NCBI RefSeq assembly: GCF_001194135.2
Contig: NC_068987.1
Span: forward strand, 69,716,065-69,780,064
Reading direction: 5' to 3'
DNA length: 64,000 bases
From: Octopus bimaculoides
Taxonomy: Eukaryota
Part shown: positions 55,111-64,000 of the stretch, one piece after another
Layout: each line of letters starts with the position of its first letter
How positions within the stretch are numbered: position 1 is the stretch's first letter
Made by a program: the position numbers and the translations under genes
The notes under the pieces: model-generated
The model's database searches: none
What the model was told of the DNA's origin: nothing
Seen by the model: only the letters and a program-made list of their open reading frames with translations

Positions 55111-57692
55111 GACTAATACATGGTTCCTCAGCCCACCAGATAAAAAAAAATGTATCTAAATCTCCTTAAAATCAGACACCACATACATTATTGAACATGA
55201 CCTGTTATTTTTTTTTAAGGACGGCAAATATTACGTAATAAGATTCTGCATACCCTGAAAACACGGGGCAGTGATGGCTGGTATGTGTTCGATCATATGT
55301 GTGATACGTTGGGATTGATCTATAGGCAACAGCAACGATGACAAAGTGTTTTGAGTATATTTTTGTCTGATTACAAATAGCAAACAATTACACCCTACGT
55401 TTAAAACAAAAGGTTATACATTAAGCAATATAGTCCCTTACATAAAAAAAAACTGAACTGTGATGGTCCTGACAGTAATTCCTCTGCTCATATGGTGGGG
55501 AAGAACAACAAATTTTACATTATCAACAGCAGCAATAATCTCCATACTGTAAAGCGGTTTAGTTACGAATGAATGAGGGAAATTCTATTCACCAGCTCAA
55601 CCTGTTAGAAAGAGTAACCAAATTTCATTCAGATTGCATGAAGGAAGCAACACATTTTAAAGATACATAGCTTACAAGAGGCTGCTGAACAAGACGAAAT
55701 GGTCATGGCTGGATTATTTCAAATCGTACATCTACTCGAACAGGTTTGGTACAGGGTAAAGGAACTATGACAAATAGTTTATCAAATATCGCTACTGCTG
55801 TATTTTTTTAAATATAGGGAATACAAAAGTAACCAAAGTAAAACAAAACAGAGTCTACCAATTACACCAGTTCTGTTATCTCCAGTACCATTATTAACAA
55901 CTATAACAACATTTCCAAAACTAACATCGCAACAAACACAAATACTGCTACTGCTGTCGGATATCATACTGTGCAGTTCCTCCTGTTTCTACTGCATGGC
56001 TGCCACCTGTGTTAATACTGATACTTCTACAACTACTGCAGCCCGCAGCAGCAGCAGCAGCAACAAACGAAGTAGCAGCAGCAGTAACTGACAATGATAA
56101 TATCAATACTTCTACGATGACTTTTACTATTATTACTTCTACTACTGCTGCTGTACAACCTCACCTAGTCAGATTTTACTATTGCTGTTGTTGTCGTTGT
56201 AGTTGTCGCTGCTGATGCTGCTGCCGAGGCTGCTTCTAATGTAAATATTACAGTTACTAATTTCCAAACCCCAAATCGCTCATTTCTATTCGATTCGGAC
56301 TAAGAAATTTATTGTGCTGAAATAGTAATTCTATAGAACTACTGTTTGTATTCAGAGCATTATAAACTAATGTAGTGCAACCTGGCAGCTCTATGTCTCA
56401 AGGGAACTGTGAACTGTCCCCTAAGTCATCGTGCCACGATACAATAAACTGTTATATGTTCGTCGAGACGGACACTGAGAGGGAATAAAAGAAAAGCTTT
56501 AACACTTAGTTTTATATATATATATGGTAAAAGAATATATTGTGTAAAATAATATATTGTTTTGTTTTACCTTGGTTGAATAAGTTGATCCTCAGAGTGA
56601 CAAAATAAAGGGATTCTTATGCCTAAAAACCTTGTTTTGCAGGATAACCTCTCTCTACGTAAGGATTTTTCTATCCATACAGTGTGTAAACATTAACTCG
56701 TAAACGCAGATATATAAATGTTTGTATAAGTGTTGGTATATACAGGTACAATTAATACCAACATACACACAAATACAGACACAGGCACATATGTATGCTT
56801 TCGCTCTCTTAACATTTATTTTAGATGTCATTTTATATATGAGCATGTATGTGTGTATGTGTGCGTTTGTATATCTAGGAACGCATGGTTATATATATAA
56901 ATATACATACATAAATATACACACACACGCCCATGCATAGGCTTTGCTGTAATTGTTTAACTCCGGCTTAACGTTAATTAGCAAGACGTATCATAAAATG
57001 TGGTCCAAAAATGAACATCCTGACCTTGTTCAGATAAAATGAAAGTAGGACTACTTGACCAAACGCCGACTGTTTTTATGTTACTAGTGTGATTTACGGG
57101 GAATACATTCGGCAGTGACTTTTACCAGATCGAGCGAATGTTTAGTGTAAGCGTCTAAGTATGTGTACGTCTGTGTGTAAGTGTTTACATATGTGGGAGT
57201 GCATTTACTGATCTCGAAATGTCACTCTAGTGGACTTTATTATAGACTCCATCGCACAGAGAGGAGGAAAGAGAAATAAAGAAAAATAAAGAATGGAAAC
57301 ACGGAGACAAAACAATGAATACTAAAATAGTATCTCTTTTAAGTGTTATAACGTGAAACTAAATTTCCAAGCCGAAATAATTTGCTGAAGATTATTTTCC
57401 CCTTCTTCACATTTCATTGTAGTTGCATATTTGCATTTATTTACACCTAAGACGACCTGGGACAAAAAGTACTTTATCTGTATAATAATTAGGGTGAAGT
57501 AATTCAAAGCATCAGATAAAAAAATGAGTTTGACCCAGTGAGACATAACCAGATAAGTCAAGTTAATTGGGGTTGTTATTGTTCTTTAGCACTGATTGAA
57601 CAAAGAAGTTTCATTCACCATACATTGTATATTATGTATTACATTATCTGTATTGTTCGGATATTTTAGAAGACAGCAGCTTATGGATTGAG

Positions 57693-57908
57693 ATTCAGGG
57701 TTTGCTGAAAAGTTCCTGGCTTTGGATAACAGAAAATATAGGAGCATCATTTAATTATGATTTTATTCACTATATTCCCTTCTCAGATTCACACACTTAT
57801 TGCAGCGGTCCTCCAATTTTTCTAAGCTTTGTAAAAGAACTCGGAATGTTGAGCCTCCACCCAGGACGCGATACACTTAAGCCAGGAACTTTTCAGCAGT
57901 AGCTTGTA
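57693..57908 (-). mobile_element. Mariner-derived MITE / internal deletion derivative
   Basis: Perfect 20-bp inverted repeat tgctgaaaagttcctggctt (57703-57722) / aagccaggaacttttcagca (57879-57898). Minus strand ~57825-57763 encodes LEKLEDRCNKCVNLRREYSE*, resembling the mariner transposase C-terminus. Outer ends approximate. Confidence 0.85.
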
Positions 57909-58018
57909 GACATGCATGATATTTCTAACAAGCTAAGTAACCAAGTAAAACTCTTAGCTCATGGTTATCTATAAACATTGAACCTGAGTATAAGGATTTG
58001 CACTATGATTTCGTCGAA

Positions 58019-58097
58019 TGTATGTATGTATGTATGTATGTATGTATGTATGTATGTATGTATGTATGTATGTATGTATGTATGTATGTATGTATGT
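58019..58097. repeat. (TATG)n microsatellite
   Basis: Direct reading. Confidence 0.95.
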
Positions 58098-58336
58098 ACT
58101 GACACGTTGCAGTTCCCGATCCTCTGAAGATGAAGTCTCTTGACTAGTGCATAAATTTTCTTCCACCATTCACTTCTTGGGAAGTTCATGAGTGCTTTTT
58201 TTCTATGTAAAATTGACAAGTGCTGAATCAGAGCCAATCGCACCAGATTTTGAAAACACGATTGCCATTTCTTCAGTACTCTCTCTCTCTTACTCTCTCT
58301 CTCCCTCTCTCTCTATCTTACTCTCTCTCTCTCCCT

Positions 58337-58384
<48 letters not shown>

Positions 58385-59584
58385 NNNNNNNNNNNNNNNN
58401 NNNNNNNNNNNNNNNNNNNNNNNNNNNNNNNNNNNNNNNNNNNNNNNNNNNNNNNNNNNNNNNNNNNNNNNNNNNNNNNNNNNNNNNNNNNNNNNNNNNN
58501 NNNNNNNNNNNNNNNNNNNNNNNNNNNNNNNNNNNNNNNNNNNNNNNNNNNNNNNNNNNNNNNNNNNNNNNNNNNNNNNNNNNNNNNNNNNNNNNNNNNN
58601 NNNNNNNNNNNNNNNNNNNNNNNNNNNNNNNNNNNNNNNNNNNNNNNNNNNNNNNNNNNNNNNNNNNNNNNNNNNNNNNNNNNNNNNNNNNNNNNNNNNN
58701 NNNNNNNNNNNNNNNNNNNNNNNNNNNNNNNNNNNNNNNNNNNNNNNNNNNNNNNNNNNNNNNNNNNNNNNNNNNNNNNNNNNNNNNNNNNNNNNNNNNN
58801 NNNNNNNNNNNNNNNNNNNNNNNNNNNNNNNNNNNNNNNNNNNNNNNNNNNNNNNNNNNNNNNNNNNNNNNNNNNNNNNNNNNNNNNNNNNNNNNNNNNN
58901 NNNNNNNNNNNNNNNNNNNNNNNNNNNNNNNNNNNNNNNNNNNNNNNNNNNNNNNNNNNNNNNNNNNNNNNNNNNNNNNNNNNNNNNNNNNNNNNNNNNN
59001 NNNNNNNNNNNNNNNNNNNNNNNNNNNNNNNNNNNNNNNNNNNNNNNNNNNNNNNNNNNNNNNNNNNNNNNNNNNNNNNNNNNNNNNNNNNNNNNNNNNN
59101 NNNNNNNNNNNNNNNNNNNGTAGTATTAAATCAAATGTAGACCAAAGAAACCGTAATGATATTCAAAGTGCTTAAAGAAACGCCCCGTCCTTTTTTCTTT
59201 ATTTATATTAATCATTAATTCTGCCGCAATCAAAACATCAACGGCCACCTACCTCTACCGGATATTATATAAAAAAAGTTTTGGCATCGATGATCTAGCA
59301 TCTTCTTTGGAAACAAAGTGGGAACATTTTGGGACCTGGTATTGAAGGCGTTAAATTAGGGTTTATATTCAAGCCTGACACAATGGATATTTTGGGGGAT
59401 GTTTCTATCTGAGCGTAGGTATTTTTTTTTCTTTTTTTCAATAACTTTCACATATTCGATACAGTGAGTTATAATTCAACGCAGGCATAATGAAATAGTC
59501 GTCTATTGCCATCTACAGTATATTTTCTTATGTATTACTTAATGTAAGGCAAATGTTAAATAGCTGCAGTTTATGCTTACAAGA

Positions 59585-59941
59585 GTGGAGGTGCAATGGC
59601 CCAGTGGTTAGGGCAGCGGACTCGCGGCCATAGGATCGCAGTTTCGATTCCCAGACCGGGCGTTGTGAGTGTTTATTGAGCGAAAGCACTTAAAGCTCCA
59701 CGGGGCTGTACTCTTTCACCACAACTTTCTCTCACTCTTACTTCCTGTTTCTGTTGTGCCTGTAATTCAAAGGGTCAGTCTTGTCACACTGTGTCACGCT
59801 GAATATCCCCGAGAACTACGTTAAGGGTACACGTGTCTGTGGAGTGCTCAGCCAATTGCACGTTAATTTCACAAGCAGGCTGTTTCGTTGATCGGATCAA
59901 CTGGAACCCTCTCCGTCGTAAGCGACGGAGTACCAACAACA
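59585..59941 (+). mobile_element. tRNA-derived SINE, type 2, with 12-bp TSD and (CAA)n tail
   Basis: TSD atgcttacaaga at 59573-59584 and 59942-59953; A box tggcccagtgg, B box gtttcgattcc; 3' stem-loop ctccgtcg-taag-cgacggag (59911-59930); tail caacaacaa. Confidence 0.93.
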
Positions 59942-60479
59942 ATGCTTACAAGAAATTGTAAAAGATTCTAAATGCCGTCAGTGAATTATAGATTGAAGTT
60001 TACATTGTCAAATATGATGAATTTACAAATTATTTATAAACTGAATTTTTAAAAATGGTTTCGGAAAACAACATTATCATTTGTATAATTTCCCAAGTTT
60101 CATGGAAAAAAGGGCAAAAAGTGATGTGCATGATTGAACCTTCTTCAGATTCTTCTCGAAGACATCATGTAAAAATTACTATTTTGATTTCAGGGTTACC
60201 AAAGCTAAGTTGAGCATCTCATTGATACTCTGGTTGAAGTTTTAATATCGAAGTATTTCCTTACGAGTAATGTTTTTTAACCTTGTAAAATGGATTCAAA
60301 CCCCATAGTATATATATATATATATATATTTATATANNNNNNNNNNNNNNNNNNNNNNNNNNNNNNNNNNNNNNNNNNNNNNNNNNNNNNNNNNNNNNNN
60401 NNNNNNNNNNNNNNNNNNNNNNNNNNNNNNNNNNNNNNNNNNNNNNNNNNNATATTGTATAAAGAGTTCATCATCGTCA

Positions 60480-61053
60480 TTATCATAGTTGTGATTTGCT
60501 ATTTTTTCCTGACTTCATTTTCTTCACCTGAAACATTCCAGCTTTCATCAATTTTCATTTGGTTTCAATCTGTATTTGTACCGTTTTCTCTTTCATTTGT
60601 TCTCTTTCGAACGTCTCCGTCTCTTTGTGTCTCGCTTTCTCTATCTCCCCTCCTCTTTCTCTCTTTCTCTCTCTCCCTCTTCTGATTCTTTCTATTTTCA
60701 CAGACTTTTTTAATATACATGTTTTCTATATATTTTTGCTGTTTGTCATCTCTGACATTATAAACATCATTTCCTATTTTTTAACCCCTCTTTCTCTTTA
60801 CATTACCCCCTCTCTCTCTCTATTTTTTAATCCTTTCATTCTTTTTCTTTTAAACTATCGCTTCATCTCCTTCCTCTCTGTTCTTTATCTCTTCTCTTTG
60901 CTCGCTTTCTCATTTTTTCCCCACTTTTTAATTATTGTCATTTCATTTTTGTTTTCGTCTTAATGTTATTATAATTTTTTCTTCACTCCTTTCCAACTTT
61001 TACTTTTATCTTCAATTGATGTTTAGTTTTCTATGCCAATTCCGTTATTATAT

Positions 61054-61084
<31 letters not shown>

Positions 61085-61200
61085 TTGTAACGTATTATTT
61101 ATTTTCGTTCTAAGTCCTGCTTACTCCTTTCTGGTTCAGTCTTCCCCTCTCCACTTCTCTCCTATATCCTCACTGTCTGCTAAGGCTGTCAATGCAGACA
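60480..61200. repeat. Pyrimidine-rich (CT/T) low-complexity tract
   Basis: Direct reading; strongly strand-asymmetric. Confidence 0.75.
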
Positions 61201-63099
61201 CTATTTCTCCATTGTCTCCTGGTACCTGTTCTTTAATGCTGTCTGTCTGTTTGGTTGTCTGTCGGAATAACTCTTTCGCTGTTACACTCCATACCCTAAA
61301 TTTATTTCACTTACTGTGCCTGTCTTCCCTATATCCAGTTATTGATTTCTTGCATAGATATAGGCCACCACATTATCAGACAAGGGGCATGTGTAGTATT
61401 CATGCCTTTCTGAAATGTATTATTGACATGAAGTTAAGTGAAATTATTACAAATGGGTATCGAAAACCCCGTTCCAAATTGTCCCATATGCAAGTTGTAA
61501 TTTGTCTACTCTTGTGTAATGGAACTAGTACACCCTGTAATATATTCGACTATTTGTTCAAGATATACTAAACAGAGCATCATTTTCATGCCTAAGTGGA
61601 GTGAGATGGTTTTAATGGTGAATGGAAACAGGTTTATGAATGCAGCTTGTCAGCAACTTCACTGACTTATAAATCTCAACGTACACAGTGTGCTGTACAC
61701 TGTCCAGGTTGGTGACTAATAGCTCTAGTCTTAAAGCGTACAGTGACAACTTTGCTGTTTATTTTCCTATGTCTACTGCTGTTTGTTTCAATGTGAAATG
61801 GGTTAAATAACAACATATTTGACTTTATAGGTATACTCTAAGATATACTTTATAGGTATCCTGTACTATAGTAGAGATATACTTTGTAGGTATCTTCATA
61901 TAATGATAGCCGATATAATTGATTTCACTAGTCACATTTTAGACATAGGATGAGAGTGTAAAGGAGAAATACATAGAGATTCAATATAAGAGGTGTAGGG
62001 TGAGTACGCATACTAGGCTTTATGGCAGGGAATGAGTAAAATAATGCTACATACCCACTAGACGACTCATAAAGAATCATAGAGAAAGATAGTAGCTATC
62101 CGAGGAGTTATTAATGAGAATTTTAAAATTCAATTTCATTTTAAGTTAATAAATATCTTTATTTTAGAAATTTTATTCATTTCTTTGTTCTGTATCGGCA
62201 TTAAAATCTTATAAAAGTTCAATTATATTTATTTTATGCATGCCATATTTTCTGATGATATCCAAGTTAACAAATGTATGCTTTCCAGTAGAGATAAATG
62301 TCAAAAGAAGCTAAACACATCTGGTTTCACAATCAAAGAGTCCGAGACTCTACGAAACTGTTTCACCGTCTGATGAGACGTCGACTTCTGCATTTGAAGA
62401 CGATACAACAAACAGTTCTTTTAGCATAGGAGTATTTTCTCTGAATGGAGGGTTGAATGGAGGGTTGAATGGAGGACTTAATGGCGTACTTAACCAGAAT
62501 GTCCTGCATCTAAACAAATACGTCCAAGTGAGGATTTTATTGTTTCTAAAATCCGCCATGTGAAGATTTCTTGTCCCAATATCTCGTTTAAATAGGGAGC
62601 CTAGTAAATAATTCAAGTTCTCTGTATCTACCTCTCATTCACTCTCCATCTCACCATTCATAATTTCCTTTTAACTCTTACTTCGTTTTATTTATCAGTT
62701 CATTCTTTCACATTTTGAATTTTTACTTCATTTCTTTCACTCATTTGACATTTATTTCCACTTTGTTCTCCGCTTCCGACAAAATCTCTCTTTCTCTTTC
62801 TCTCCCTATCTCGATTTATCTATCTGTCTAACTTTCTCTCTCTCTCACTCACACACACGCAAATACACATGTGCACATTCTTACTCACACTTCGTATAGA
62901 GTTATCCGATATGGATTTTGTTCTGGTCCTGTAAAGTTTCTATGGTCCCTTTTATACCTCAATATAATCGATCGGTGCTATTTTTTCTTCTATGACTGTA
63001 TTGTCAACTAATACTGACATAGTACAATTTTCGGTCTCTTAATGTGTACCATTACCACTTTCAATGACTATAGTAAATACGTATGCACAGTTTTCATTT

Positions 63100-63214
<115 letters not shown>

Positions 63215-63417
63215 AATTTTTCTAGCAAGCTACTTTCTTTTATTCCTCTCTGATTACATCTATTTACTAATGCTTTACTTTGTCCATTTCTTACTTCCGT
63301 TCATCTTCCATTTGTCTGGTCATCATATGACCTTCCTGTCACGTTACTGACCTGCAGGTAGTCTATTTCAAATTCACTGTATTTTTCTCTAACCCCATAT
63401 CATTCCTAATTACCCTT

Positions 63418-63461
<44 letters not shown>

Positions 63462-63471
63462 NNNNNNNNNN

Positions 63472-63504
<33 letters not shown>

Positions 63505-63784
63505 CACACACACACACACAACACACACACACACACACGTGCTTTCCCCACACTCCTTTTATCTGTTTTTCTCCCTCCTTCGTTCCAACCCTTCAAACAA
63601 ACAGGACTTTCAGATACATGGATACACACACACAACACGCATACATATTTATATATACATGCACACATAAGTATAAGTACATACATACACATATATTCAA
63701 ACATGCATACGCACATGTATACACGTCTCTTTCTGTCTTTCTCTTTGTGTCACTCTCGCTCTATCAAACTCTCTCAGGCAACAC

Positions 63785-64000
63785 TGTCGTGATTGCACGC
63801 TCCCCTTGCAACCAAGTGGTTACGCGTTCAGTTCCACTGCGCGCAGTATGGGCAAGTATCACAATGTCCTGTGAAAGAATTTGGCTGATGGAAACGGTGT
63901 GGAAACCCATCGTAGGTTTATGTTGTGTGCATGTGTGACTGTGTGTGTTACTGTGTGTGTTTGTGTGTGTACGTGTGTGTTTGTGTGTGTGTGTGTGTGT
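63785..64000 (+). mobile_element. Degenerate type 3 SINE 5' part running into a (TG)-rich centre, cut by the window end
   Basis: caaccaagtggttacgcgttcagttccactgcgcgcagtatgggcaagt..gaatttggctgatggaaac..cccatcgta followed by TG repeats matches my recollection of a common octopus SINE; B-box-like gttcagttcc. Confidence 0.55.

Noticed and set aside
62298-62429. Peptide MSKEAKHIWFHNQRVRD resembling homeodomain helix 3
   Set aside because: Only about 5 residues match, upstream in-frame stops are present, there is no pyrimidine-rich acceptor, and helices 1-2 were not found.

Overview
AT-rich, microsatellite-saturated animal genomic DNA from a gapped short-read scaffold (17 N-gaps, nearly all bordered by simple repeats). 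The SINE families and the density of (CA)n/(TA)n/(GA)n and decayed trinucleotide tracts strongly suggest an octopus (coleoid cephalopod) intergenic or intronic region; that assignment is an inference. I cannot support any intact host protein-coding gene: almost all supplied ORFs are artefacts of N-runs, microsatellites or transposon relics. Supported content: several tRNA-derived SINEs of three types (two with clear target-site duplications), a decayed ~1.07 kb mariner, a ~0.2 kb mariner-derived MITE, the 3' end of a Penelope-like retroelement (GIY-YIG) plus a second ORF-less copy of its 3' UTR, a possible very old RTE LINE relic, and a tRNA-Thr(UGU)-like pseudogene. The most unusual spot is 29.4-29.7 kb, where the tRNA-like sequence has an anticodon arm refolded into a new perfect helix and lies ~120 bp from a near-perfect 28-bp-stem hairpin. 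I found no convincing new multi-gene system; the findings are leads.
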